DNA of 60,987 nt, filler included, from Globobulimina sp. (Eukaryota): the NCBI GenBank assembly GCA_003354225.1. It is 12 parts of 12 records of this genome, joined end to end, with 100 filler letters (N's around TTAATTAATTAA, not from the genome) between each part and the next. Parts side by side here need not be neighbours in the genome. Positions count along the whole stretch, not along the records: positions 1 to 5,001 come from PIVH01000783.1; positions 5,102 to 10,098 come from PIVH01000784.1; positions 10,199 to 15,194 come from PIVH01000785.1; 9 more parts are not named here. The stretch is one strand, 5' to 3'. This document shows, piece by piece, positions 1 through 11,924 of the stretch. The first letter of the stretch is position 1. Each line of letters starts with the position of its first letter. The notes beneath the pieces are model-generated. The model saw only the letters and a list, made by a program, of their open reading frames with translations. It was not told where the DNA came from and did no database searches. Both the position numbers and the translations under genes were made by a program.

Positions 1-2903
1 TTGGCACTCAACCAACCCACGAATAATATTAAGTGGCGGCGACGACCGAACAATTCGATTATGGCGATTGTATCCACATAATTCATTATATCAATCCAGT
101 AACAGCAACAACAAAAACCAGCAACACTCCAATATAACAACACCAAAACTCAACGCAGTTAGCACCAAAATAAAAGCAACAGCATCTTCCTCCGACAATA
201 ATGACTCTGAAGATTCTGTAGAATTAAGATATGACCAACAACAACAACATTTGTCTGATGATGACGACCCAACTAATTTCATCACAGACTTTGATCCATC
301 CATCCAACCAATGTCGCATTTACTCTCTATGCCCGCTTCTGGCGAAGTTAAAGGGATTTGCATGTCGCCATATAATGGTATGATATTATGTTTATATCCT
401 GGCACATACGACATATTCTATACTCAGGCGAGATTTTAGCAGCAATATCCTCGCGACTGTTCAATCAGAAATCCTCGTTAGATATATTTTGCATTCCTCA
501 TTGGACATGGAATTATTCATCGAGGCAACGAGTACCATATAAAATGCAACTGCGGCAACAGGAAAAGCATAAAATGCAACTACAAGAATTGGATCTAAGT
601 ATGGCAGACAACAATGTGGACACTGTCACGGATGGTATCAATTTAGCGATAAACAGTTTAGACGATGAGTTGGAAAAAGATGAAGAGGACACAAAGACTA
701 ATCCTTTTATAGAGAATCAGCGAAATAAAGAATCGTTGGATTTTGTCAACCGTCCCAGCGTTATACCGCTGCCATATGGCGCTCGAGAAAGATGTATCAC
801 ATTCTCACCATCGCAAGATATCGTATTTGTTGGTATGTGGTTTTGTATGTGCTTTGCCTGTGATTTTTATGTTAAAATGTGTATATTTAAGGTTTGTTGA
901 GTTGCAGGAAGCAGCATCAACGACGTTATTGTTGTTTGATGGCTTGCAATATATTGAATGGTGCGAGCAGAGCTTGTAAGAAAATTAATGCTTTGTTGCA
1001 TAGAAAAGAATGTATATATTCGATACAATTAACGTCTACGAATGTGAATAATGCTCATTGTGATGATGAGAAGCAAGAAAGTGAAGATAAGCATAAGTCA
1101 GCAAACAAAAAAAATATATACAGACTAGCATTGGGGACCAATTTGGGCCGTTTGATTGTTGTTACATTGAAACAAAATCTGTCATGGAGTAATACTCGAA
1201 AATCATTTGTTACTCAATTTACGATTGCTTTTAAAAAAGATCCCGTCATTGCTGAGAAGCATAAAACTAAAAATAATAATTTGAACGGGGAGTCCAAATT
1301 AAGGTATTGCAGTAACAAAGCAATTGTGCAATATCTTTGAAAATGGAAACAGTTTGTCATGATATGAATATTTTTGACCATTCAGCTTTTTGCAAAAACC
1401 TACGAAATGTTATGGGAATTTCCTGTGTAAATCTAGTTCAATGACATTTAAATAAATATTTTTTTATACTGCTAACCGCTAAAATGCATATTTGATGACC
1501 GAATGTCATAGCATTGAATGACAAAATTTGAATGTGATTGCAATTAGACAGGGATTTACATAGCATTTCATAGAATGTTTTAGGATTTGCTACACTTTGA
1601 AATTATTGCATTGCACAATTGTTTGTTTACTGCAACAGTTCGAATAAAAATTCATCAAAATCAAAAATTGGGATATTTGAGCAAAAAAAAAAGAACAAAC
1701 ATCATAGAAAGACGTCATCGCGCAATGCAAAATATTCAGTATTGACGTCGCGGGAAAGATGTTTTCGTGAAATGTCGGATCCAATCACTGTAATGATAAC
1801 GTACGAGTCAATGAAGAAATATTTATGGAATCAATCCTCACAAATTGACGAAAATGATATCCACGAATTCTTTGAATTTATGCAACCAAACAAGAAAAAT
1901 CAAGTAACATTCACACAATTTGTGAAAAAAGTGGACGAGGATGGCGATTTTATGAGAGCTTTTGAACAGTTTTGCTTGACAGGCTCATCACGCACGGATA
2001 GGAGAGCTTGGATGGACAGAAACGATGAGGGGCACAGCAGTCAAAGTGAGGCAGATGAAAAGAAGGAGAAAAAAGAAGATGATGACAGTGATTGGGAGTT
2101 TGCAATGTTGAATCATCGCAGCAATGAGGTATTGAGGGGTAACAGCGCAATAACGGCCATTGCGTGGAGCAAATATGATAATTGGATCATTACTGGACAC
2201 CAAGATGGCGACATTCAGTTTTGGTCAAAGGAATGGTATGGAAATGGATATCATTTATCGCGGAAACAAAATAAATATTTGAAACTATCTTCATTTTATT
2301 ATGTTATACGAGGTTCAATGAAGCGGCATTGTGATAGCATTACGTGTTTAACATTAAGTGGCACATATTTAGGTATGATATCACAGTATTTTTGAATCAA
2401 AATAATGCATTTGAGCCAAATATACTGTACAAAATATGTTAGTGTCATCGAGCTGTGACGGGAATATATTAATATGGCATTTAGATTTTTTATTGCCGTC
2501 GGTGTCGTTACCAATGAATATAACATCATTGTCGTCGCGTGGAATTATTCAATTATTAGCGACAATATCTTCGGCGCATTTAGGTGATGAAATATGTGAT
2601 GTTAAGTTGTCGTCATTATGTGGTGATATTTCCTATTGTATACCGAATGCATTGTATTTATTATCCTGTGGAGCGGATGAAAATATTCGATGTAGAGATG
2701 TTATGGAAATATTAAGACAACAATTAACGTTACGGATTTTAGCTGAATCACAAGAACAGGAACACGATGAATCAAATGATATTATCAACAATGATGTTTA
2801 TGGCTATCCATCAATGAGTAGAAAGCAATCAGCAATACATGATAATAATAATAATATGGACGAGTCTGATGGATCTGACTTTGGTGCTACTGAATATAAT
2901 TAA
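1..2903 (+). CDS. WD40-repeat protein with EF-hand-like segment, 5'-truncated; introns 378-427, 833-891, 1304-1638, 2373-2442
   Basis: Frame open from base 2 (WHSTNPRIILSGGDDRTIRLW, a WD40 repeat). Further repeats ITAIAWSKYDNWIITGHQDGDIQFW and HCDSITCLTLSGTYL-V-SSSCDGNILIW. GT-AG introns join ORFs 68/388/894/1619/2436 in frame. EF-hand-like DIHEFFEFMQPNKKNQVTFTQF. Confidence 0.8.
1304..1638 (+). mobile_element. Spliceosomal intron with terminal inverted repeats (introner/MITE-like)
   Basis: GT at 1304, CAG at 1636-1638, phase restores the ORF. 5' end GTA-TTGCAGTAACAAAGCAATTGTGCAAT versus reverse complement of the 3' end CTG-TTGCAGTAAACAAACAATTGTGCAAT. Second internal IR pair at about 1392-1432 / 1543-1590. 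Confidence 0.65.
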
Positions 2904-3129
2904 ATTTTATTTGCCATTGTACTGTAAATTTATATGCTGTTATTTGTGCGACGAATTAAGTTTTTTGTTGTTGTTTTTGTTGTTTTATTTATTATAGAAT
3001 ATCAGATATGTCATTGTTTTGTCATGACTTTTTTGTTTCCTTGTCACATCACCCTTTCGCTTAAATCCGACATGGGTGTTTCAGCAATTTTTGACCTACC
3101 AGTTATTTCTTACGTTTTGGTTTTCAAAC

Positions 3130-4776
3130 ATGTCGCTCTCACAATATACACAAACATATGTTTTTATTTTATTCATTACGCGAATTGGATTATTAGTTGA
3201 AAGTCAATCCTGTAACATTGCTTACGAATGTGTGGGTACTGAATGGACATTATCTGATAGTATTTCTGGTGCTGGATATAAAAGTTTATTTGGATCAAAC
3301 ACATCAATCATCGGTACCTATACCTGGGGAAATATACAGTGTAGCGGAGCATATTCATGCACAGAGATATCATTCATATTAAGTCAGTATACTGTAATGT
3401 GTTATGGCAGTCATTCATGTTCAAATATAGCGGGTCCATCGTATATTGATACATCTGATGATGTTTATTGTTATGGTTCAAATTCATGTACAAATAGCAA
3501 CATCAGAGCAAATAATGTTTATTGTTCTGGAGATCAAAGTTGTAATTATGCAAATATTTCGGCACTCAGAGTTACGGCGGATGCGGCTTATTCATTATAT
3601 GGAGCAACAATTGACAGTAAAAATATTACAGGTGAATTATTCGTCTATTTATGGGGATATCAATCAGGTTTTGGAGCAAATATAATCTGCCGATCTGGTG
3701 ATGTGTGTAACATTTTTTGTTATTATAATGGCTGTCAAATGTTATATTTATTGTGTGAAGATGATACAAATTGTAATCTGATAATGTCATCCAACGATCC
3801 GACCATTACCAGTACGCCAATCCAAAAACTGGCTGACTTTGATGCAAATTTCTATGATATGAAATATATGAATCATGACTCTAATGCACTTTGTAATAAT
3901 TCATCCGAAATTGTAGCATATGATAATTATCAACAGCAACAAGTAGCATATGATACTTATAATGGCGGAGTGTGTTGCCGTGGTTCACAATCATGTCAAT
4001 TAGCGTACACCATTCAGGTTACTGCATACGTACAATCACCAGATATTATTGTATGTAGTGGTTATTGGTCGTGTGCCACAACAATTATTACTACCACAGG
4101 ACCGACATTTTGCGAAGGTCATAAATCCTGTTATTCAGCAACTATCAATGGATCTGATAATGTCTATTGTTTAGGGGCTATGCCTGTGATCAAAGTGTAA
4201 TTACCGGCTCTAAAAATGTATATTGCTCTGCTCCCAAGTCCTGTTGGAATGGTCGAATCCAAAGCAACGGAAATGACACAAATATATATTTATTGGGTCA
4301 CAATGCAGGAGCTGGATTGCAGATTCATTGCAAAGTAGGCGATGAATGTAATGTAACGTGTGGTGCATTGGGATCCTGTTTATCAAATACATTATTATTT
4401 TGCAATGATAATTGTTTGGTGTATTGCAACGATGACACGGGATGTCCAGTTGGTACTTATTCATCAATACAGTTACGATCACCCACAGGTATAAAAAACA
4501 AAAATGTGAGCAATATAGAATCCAAATAATATGTGCCAAATCACATTATTTGTATTCTATCTAAATTGTATTATATTATATATTGCAGTGAATCCCAGCC
4601 AATCACCAAGTCAATCACCAACAGATCCAAGCAAATCACCAACACTTAATCCGAGCTCATTAACTAATACAACTACAATTACTGCAGTTACTACACGTGT
4701 TGCTAATGATTCCCATGTATTCAGCTTTGTTTATAGTGTATTTGTAGTTCTTTTATGTTATATTTGGGTAATGTGA
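3130..4776 (+). CDS. Secreted/surface Cys-rich repeat protein (C-x-G-x-x-S-C repeats), Ser/Pro/Thr stalk, C-terminal hydrophobic anchor; apparent frameshift at GGGG 4174-4177; intron 4489-4588
   Basis: Signal-peptide-like N-terminus; repeats CSGAYSC, CYGSHSC, CYGSNSC, CSGDQSC, CRGSQSC. ORF 4167 continues the repeat pattern in another frame. SPSQSPT stalk and hydrophobic tail. Confidence 0.7.
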
Positions 4777-4900
4777 ATATAAAAAAATGTTTAATTACTC
4801 ACTTGTTATATATATAATAATAATTTTTTTTTCATTTGTTTGTTTTGTGCTTGCTATATCTGATGGGATTTATGGGTGGGTGTGAGTTATCTGAATTGAA

Positions 4901-4951
4901 TAAAAGTGGAATGAAAAAGTGGAATTTAAAAGTGGAATTTAAAAGTGGAAT
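4901..4951. repeat. 13-bp tandem repeat (AAAAGTGGAATTT) x4
   Basis: taaaagtggaatg aaaaagtggaattt aaaagtggaattt aaaagtggaat read directly. Confidence 0.8.
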
Positions 4952-5001
4952 AATGGTATTATATTATAAAAAATAGCATAATTGTTGAATTTACGAACTT
5001 T

Positions 5002-5101
5002 NNNNNNNNNNNNNNNNNNNNNNNNNNNNNNNNNNNNNNNNNNNNTTAATTAATTAANNNNNNNNNNNNNNNNNNNNNNNNNNNNNNNNNNNNNNNNNNN
5101 N
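5002..5101. other. Artificial contig linker N44-TTAATTAATTAA-N44 (also 10099-10198, 15195-15294, 20290-20389, 25383-25482, 30476-30575, 35567-35666, 40656-40755, 45742-45841, 50825-50924, 55907-56006)
   Basis: Same 100-nt spacer with six-frame stops occurs 11 times; flanking contig lengths decrease or tie in order. Confidence 0.98.
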
Positions 5102-5119
5102 AAAATATTTTTTTTTTGC

Positions 5120-5282
5120 ATTGAGAAACGTTTCTGAAATTTCAAAAACGTTTTTGGGACTAAATGGAATATACAGAGGCTGTATGAGGTCGACGAGCGA
5201 TGTGAAAGAATTGATTCCGGAGTTTTATTACATGACAGATTTCCTGATCAACAAAGACAAATTGGATCTGGGCGTCAAGCAA
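5120..5282 (+). pseudogene. 163-bp copy of BEACH-gene intron/exon segment 8825-8987
   Basis: Matches 8825-8987 with two visible mismatches, then diverges and stops at 5303. Confidence 0.85.
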
Positions 5283-5437
5283 TCACTTTCTACTAAACCA
5301 TGATATGCGTTTTCGCGGAGTAAGCAAGTCATCTTTTTACACTACGACTACATACATATGATACTAAACTATAACCATTCAACAAAAAAGAGTGTTATAT
5401 TAACTTATATATTTAAATCATTATTAATATTTATGTG

Positions 5438-6652
5438 TTATTTAGATACAATTAACGCAATTTCAGCTTTAGCAAGAGCATAAATTTCCGACTGTTTATT
5501 CTTTTTGTCCGATGATAGGAAACAATAAAAACAACAATAACAGCAGCCACAACATGTACTGTCATGCCACGTTAATGCCATTGTTTTAATACACGGAAAA
5601 CAGCATTTTGTACATTGATTGCCATAGCAATATTTATCAAAATGCGTTTTAGAAAATCTAAATGTAAAATATAAACAATACATATGGACCAATATTCCCA
5701 ACGCAAATCCCATCACTAACAAATGTCGCATTGATGCGATAATAATGGCAACCTGAGAGGTAATAACAGTTATAATTAATAGCATAACTAAGCGAGACAT
5801 TAATAAAATTATTGAGTTATGTTTACTAGTTTTAGCATGAAAGCAGCTCAAATCTGACATTTGTACATCCTGTTTTTTATCGTTTCCGTGTGTATTTACA
5901 ATCAGAACGCATAATTTTGATAATAATAAATAAACCGCAAGAACATTGAAAATAATTTCAATAAAAATGGCTGTAGAAAATATTAAAAGTATAGCACCGA
6001 CATTTGCTGTGTATACTTTACACCGTCCTCCAATATTTGTATAGTGTATCACCTCAAATTTAAATTTACTCTGTAAATATACTGTGGGAATGATCATAAA
6101 TAAAGAGATAAAAATAGCAAATCCAATAAGGGAATATATAGTTACTTTCTTGTACGGATCTGCAGTGGCTTTGAATGTGTCATAGGCAGTCAACATAAAA
6201 AAAACAATGGTCGCAGTACGTTCGGTGAAATAAAATATTGTGGGCAATATATACATGAAATAGCACCAATTGGTATCGTTAGTAAACACAGTCCATAAAT
6301 AAATGTTGTTCAAAATCTGAATTAAAAACCATAATAACGATGATGTAACGGATAATAATAGAAACGTTTTCGTTAATATTGGAATGTTAATGGTTTGCCT
6401 GGATTTTGTTTGAGATCTTGTTGACTCACTGGATGATGAGTCGACGCCATATCTTGGCGATGAATTGACGCTGTTGTTGGAACTAGTCGACCTTACAGAA
6501 TTTAAACGAATATGTCTCCTCCCAAACCATACATTAGCAATAATAAAATATGCTGGACATAGTGATGCCAAGACAAACAATATGAGACATATAGTGAATA
6601 TTACATGCAATCCAATGTCTACTGATCCTATCTCTGCCACATCAGATGACAT
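5438..6652 (-). CDS. Seven-TM GPCR-like membrane protein
   Basis: About 7 hydrophobic segments, extracellular Cys in loops 1 and 2, Cys-rich C-tail; likely ATG 6652 (MSSDVAEIG). Confidence 0.65.
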   Translation of the reverse strand: MSSDVAEIGSVDIGLHVIFTICLILFVLASLCPAYFIIANVWFGRRHIRLNSVRSTSSNNSVNSSPRYGVDSSSSESTRSQTKSRQTINIPILTKTFLLLSVTSSLLWFLIQILNNIYLWTVFTNDTNWCYFMYILPTIFYFTERTATIVFFMLTAYDTFKATADPYKKVTIYSLIGFAIFISLFMIIPTVYLQSKFKFEVIHYTNIGGRCKVYTANVGAILLIFSTAIFIEIIFNVLAVYLLLSKLCVLIVNTHGNDKKQDVQMSDLSCFHAKTSKHNSIILLMSRLVMLLIITVITSQVAIIIASMRHLLVMGFALGILVHMYCLYFTFRFSKTHFDKYCYGNQCTKCCFPCIKTMALTWHDSTCCGCCYCCFYCFLSSDKKNKQSEIYALAKAEIALIVSK

Positions 6653-6706
6653 TTTCAACGATATCTTTTCATATAAAAACAAGTGAAAACTTCAGTTAAA
6701 TTAAAT

Positions 6707-9700
6707 ATGAATCATGGCGGGCACCACTATTACAACAATAATTACAAAACCGCAGACGCAATGAACATCCCACTTCCATCCTCAGGTCACCATCATAATA
6801 ACCATTTATCATTACAACAATCTAAATCCGCACCATCACATTTTGGCACAGAATGTTCGCACATTTTAGGCTCACTAAAACACGAAACCTTGGATGACTT
6901 TCAAATACAATTATTCCAATTACTGCAAAATGCATCGACTCAAAGCGTCAGCTCCTATTTTCAAAAAAAATCCAATATATTATACAGATTCATCATCACA
7001 TTATACATTTGTTCATTGGATAAATCCCACCCAATCCGCAAAAATACCCATAATGAGTTGCAAACATTCAATGAATTCCATAACGCATTCACCAAATCAC
7101 AACATCACCAACAATCATCCACCTGTTCCTCCAACAATTCATTGACAAATTATGATCAACCACAGCCTCCCATGGCCTTCTTCAGTCCGACGATGAAAAT
7201 AAAATCTATGCCGGTCAGCTCAAAGGCAAAGTCATACTCACAGTCACAGTCACTCTCACATTCACATAACACGCCCACTGAGTCAGCGGCACCATCGATA
7301 TCATCCGAACCCAATCTAACCGCCGCATTGACAAAGCAAAGCTCCTCGCAGTCAGACTCCAGCAACTCATCGACGCAAGAACTGAATACTAACAATAGTT
7401 ACAATACAACATTCCAAGCACCAAATACCAACAATATATCCTTTGGAGTGTCTAAAAACGCCCAGCCACCAACAAAAAATGCACGCAAACAATATAATAA
7501 GAAACAGAGATCGCACAATAGTTTGAATAATGTGTTGTCGTCACCCAATAACAGAGCCAATCGGCCCTCCTTTGCAAGGCAAATAAGCAGCAAATCGGCA
7601 CTGGCTTTGAAGAATGTGGTCAATAAAAAGAAGAGAAAAATGAAGGGATTGCCTGAAATTGAGGAGGAAAAAGAAAAGGAGAGAATTATTTTTGTAGAAA
7701 CAGGTATTTCATTATACGCAAATTCGCACAAATTCTTGAGAACGTTTCAGATTTCTGTGCAAAAAACTCGTTGCTGCAAAATAGTGCATTTTGTATCTGA
7801 TTGTTTTGTCACAACACAGCGGAAATTATCGCACCAATGACTAGCGTTCATGGCAAGATCCGCATTACCAACAAAAGCATATCATTTATGCCAGACATTG
7901 AGCAAAAAGCAGACAACACATCCAATAACGGCTACAATTTGGCATTAAATCCGCCAAATTTGCAGCAAATGGATGCCAATGAACAGATATCTTTTGTGCG
8001 GGCGGACAATGAGTTTAAATCCACGCGCGGCGAAGATGACAAATATTGGGTGGCTGTCAACGTCGCCTCCTCCTACGAACAAGTCGGCGGTACGCGATAC
8101 AAATTGATGAACGCCAAAAACATATGGAATATCACCGAAGTCACCGAAATATATTACAGACGCTATCAAGCACGAAACTGTGCGTTTGAGTTATTCTTCA
8201 ACGATGACACTTCGTTCCTATTCAATGTATTTACAGAGAAACACCGCGACAATGCATTCAATGCAATCATTGACAGCAAATATGCCATCAATCTGATAGA
8301 CGAAAGCTCGGTGTTTAAAAACCCTAAAAAAGCCATAAAATCCAGCAAAATCCACCATAAATGGTGCACGCGGGAGATCACTAATTTTGAGTACATTATG
8401 AGGATAAATCTATTGGCTGGCCGCACATTCAATGATTTGGAGCAATATCCCGTGGTTCCATGGATCATCAAAGACTATGTCAGCAACGAAATTGATTTGA
8501 AGAATCCGAAGATTTACAGAGATTTAAGAAAACCCATTGGAGCCTGCAATGTGGATCGGTTGAAGAAGTTTGTCGAACGGTATGAGTGCATGGCGGATGA
8601 CCCCAATAATAGGTTCATGTACGGCACGCATTATTCCACCAAAGCCATTGTGCTGTTCTTCCTCATTCGAATGGAGCCGTTTACAACGTACAATAAGTTG
8701 TTTCAAGGCGGAAAATTTGATACTGCCGACCGACTGTTTGACAGTATTCAGAAAACATTTAGGTACAAACTGCTCTGCTTTCCATCAGAAACGTTTCTGA
8801 AAACTCAAAAACGTTTCTGAAAATATTGAGAAACGTTTCTGAAATTTCAAAAACGTTTTGGGGACTAAATGGAATATACAGAGGCTGTATGAGGTCGACG
8901 AGCGATGTGAAAGAATTGATTCCGGAGTTTTATTACATGACAGATTTCCTGATCAACAAAGACAAATTGGATCTGGGTGTCAAGCAACACAGCGATACAA
9001 AGGAGCGCGTGAACCACGCAATATTGCCGCCGTGGGCTGGAGGGTCGTATGAATTGTTCACGAAAACGATGAGAAATGCGTTTGAATCTGAATATGTATC
9101 ACGGAATTTACATCATTGGATTGATCTGATATTTTGCTATAAACAGTCGGGTAAAGATGCAGAATTAGCACATAATATATTCCATCCCTATACGTATCAG
9201 GAAAATGTGGATTTGGATGCTATCACTAATGAGAATGAGAAAGAAGTGATATTGCAAATTATATCGGAATTCGGACAGACGCCGATGAAGATATTTAAGA
9301 AGCCGCATCGTGTGCGCTTGAAAGGGACGCAAGTGGTTCAAAACATATATAAAGCAAAGTCGATAAAGTATTACGGCTCGTTTGTATGTGTGGAAGGCGG
9401 ACATATTGGGATATCTTATATGGCGATGAGGAGTAAAGGGGATAAAAATGATAAAAAAAATATAATCACCATCTCTACGGATAATACAGTGGATGTACAT
9501 AAATTTGATGAGAAAACGTTTACGATTACAAAGGACGAGAAAAAGAAATCATCGCTGAATGTATTATTTCATCGCAATAATAACAAGCAATGGAACCATT
9601 ATCATGGCGGTGTGGTGAAGAATCAAATTATAAAAAAACAATCCAATAATCTATTTCTGAAAAACTTATGTTTCGCAATTACACAGGATGGCAATTATTT

Positions 9701-10098
9701 GTTTGCCTGCGGATTCGAAGATTGTTCCTTTATACAATATGTTATCAGTCAAGAAAAAATCGAACAGGAATATCATAATCATAGGTTTGTTACATTCACC
9801 ATTTTAAACATTATCAGTACAGGTTTATTGCAAGGTCTTTAAAGCTGACATGTTGTCATAGTCATAGTGATTTAATGTTTTTTTGAGTGAGCATTAGCTT
9901 AACCATGACAACCATGCAAAGCTTAATTTACTTGAATAAGTGTTGATAATTCATGAGACACAGTTTAAATCTTAGTTTTTTCAAAACAAAATAGTAATAT
10001 CGTCTCATGTTTAGCATTGGATGAGAATGAAAGGAAGAATAAGATAATATTAGTGACCGGTTCCTATGACAAAACCATTATTGTATGGAAAGGCAAAC
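6707..10098 (+). CDS. PH-BEACH-WD40 protein (neurobeachin/LRBA/LYST family), 3'-truncated; introns 7704-7819, 8763-8881, 9785-9994
   Basis: BEACH motifs WCTREITNFEYIMRINLLAGRTFNDLEQYPVVPW, YGTHYS, DVKELIPEF, SEYVSRNLHHWIDLIF, FGQTP. PH-like RRYQARNCAFELFF. WD40 HSNIVSCL...VTGSYDKTIIVW after splicing. Start codon uncertain. Confidence 0.92.
8785..8861. repeat. Intronic array of four ~20-bp units, each carrying the palindrome TCAGAAACGTTTCTGA or a variant
   Basis: tcagaaacgtttctga / tcaaaaacgtttctga / tgagaaacgtttctga / tcaaaaacgttttgg inside intron 8763-8881. Confidence 0.85.
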
Positions 10099-10236
10099 NN
10101 NNNNNNNNNNNNNNNNNNNNNNNNNNNNNNNNNNNNNNNNNNTTAATTAATTAANNNNNNNNNNNNNNNNNNNNNNNNNNNNNNNNNNNNNNNNNNNNAT
10201 CCTTTTGCAACATAGAATTTTGATTTCCAACAATTA

Positions 10237-10397
10237 GGGAATGTTCTAGTAATTAGAATTGATCCTAGGTCCTAGGTACAATTCTAATTACGTAATACTA
10301 GAACATTCCCGTATGGATCTTAGTTTTGAAGAACAATTTCCAGCAAAATCACATCAATAAATATGTCAAATTTTTATTCAAAACTAAGATTCCATAC
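10237..10397. repeat. Two abutting hairpins (10237-10310 and 10311-10397)
   Basis: gggaatgttctagtaattagaattg...caattctaatta(cgtaa)tactagaacattccc; gtatggatcttagttttgaa...ttcaaaactaagattccatac. Confidence 0.8.
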
Positions 10398-10434
10398 AGA
10401 AGATTCTGCATTTAACTTTTTTGGCTTGTTTTCA

Positions 10435-11503
10435 ACTTAACGATATATTCAAAAAGATAACCCCCCGGCCCTGGTCGATAAGTTGTATACATTTTATCTT
10501 AGAAACGCTTTGCAAATCCAGAAACGGTTTGCTATAGGTTTGTCTTGAGTTTGTTCTGTTGCCGAGAACAAAGTCGTGCTGGGAGTATATTTAGTTATCC
10601 TAGCAAAATGTTCCAATACATACAAATGTTTTTGTGTGAAAGTATAGAAATGTGCAAGGATATATATACAAAAATATTTCGCAACTTAAGCAAAAAGGCA
10701 TAAAACTAATTATATGATTAATTACAAACACATTGACAACAAAATATAATAAAAAACACAAATATTAAAAATATATCAAATATATATTAAAAAAAATAAT
10801 ACTGTAAAATAATTATTTTTGTTGACAGCGAAAACACAAAAAGTCGATCACTCCTCAACAACAAAAATATTACTCAAACACATTGTAAATTAAAAGATAA
10901 TAGTTTTGAATTATAAAAAAAATGTAATTTATGAACACATAACAAAGAATATGTCCGTATCCCATTTTAATGGTCAAGCATAGCACCAAATAGCATGGGC
11001 AGCTCATCTTAGCATAATTAAATATGTCACTTATTAATGTTCAATCTGGCATTACTATCATCTCTGCGGGCGATGGTGCGTCAAAGATATAACCAATGTA
11101 TCAACGACAGTTAATTAATTTTCCTGTGAATACACGTCAATTAGAAATAGAATTTCATGCATCAGCATTTCTTAACTAATAATATATGCCTTTGACAATC
11201 TAATCCAATAATAATTTCACCTAAAAAAAATCACAAGGATTTTGTTGTTTCAATGTAAGCTGCGACTCGATATAATACAGCGATTTATTTGGCCGGTTAT
11301 ATAATTAAAATTATTAAAAACCACAATTTAATCAGTTGCGAAAAGGGAGGATTAATTGTTTACAAAAAAGATAAGTTTTGAAGGTTTTTTGTTTGAAGTT
11401 TTTCTAACAAATCGCAAATCCAGAACAAATTTATAATTGAATTTTCGGTATACAAAGGGGAGTTATACAAAGGGGAGTTATCTCTTGGAATATATCGTTT
11501 AGT
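10435..11503. mobile_element. Non-autonomous TIR element (~1.07 kb), with an extra inverted terminal copy at 11520-11620
   Basis: Left end ACTTAACGATATATTCAAAAAGATAACCCC versus right-end reverse complement ACTAAACGATATATTCCAAGAGATAACTCCCC. 11520-11620 is an inverted ~100-bp copy of 10441-10552. Both end types recur at 29633-29833. Confidence 0.7.
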
Positions 11504-11824
11504 GACACTTACAATGGTTGAAACCCAAGACAAACAGTTTCTGGATTTGCAAAGCGTTTCTCAGATAATTGAATAAAATGTATACAAGTTATCGACCAGG
11601 GGGTATCTTTTGGAATATATAGCGCCAAATCAATATTCAACCGTACAATGTATATGTTGTTCATCAATGATATTAAAATGGCAAAACAATCATATACTTA
11701 ATAATAAAAAAATGTATTTTTATTTTTTTTGTTTGTGCTTGTTTGTTTATGTTGCGTGCTTTTGTTTTGTATATTTGGGTTCATTTTTGTATATTTGTAG
11801 GGCAATCACTGCAGACACACCACG

Positions 11825-11924
11825 GCAGTCACAACTATTGAGCTAATTTTAATTTTGGTGATCGGATTTCAACTTTTGCAGTTGATCGCTCACCACAATA
11901 AATTAGCTCAATAGTTGTGTCTGC
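11825..11924. repeat. 100-nt foldback with 24/25-bp arms, followed by CACTGCAGACAC repeats
   Basis: gcagtcacaactattgagctaattt ... aaattagctcaatagttgtgtctgc, with further inner pairing (tggtga/tcacca, caact/agttg). Confidence 0.85.

Noticed and set aside
388-439. Apparent frameshifts or recoding between overlapping ORFs (also 7801, 8826, 54687)
   Set aside because: Explained by canonical GT-AG introns with correct phase; there is no sign of an alternative genetic code.
8785-8861. CRISPR-like array of palindromic repeats
   Set aside because: Spacers are only 4-5 nt, it lies in a spliceosomal intron and no cas genes are present.
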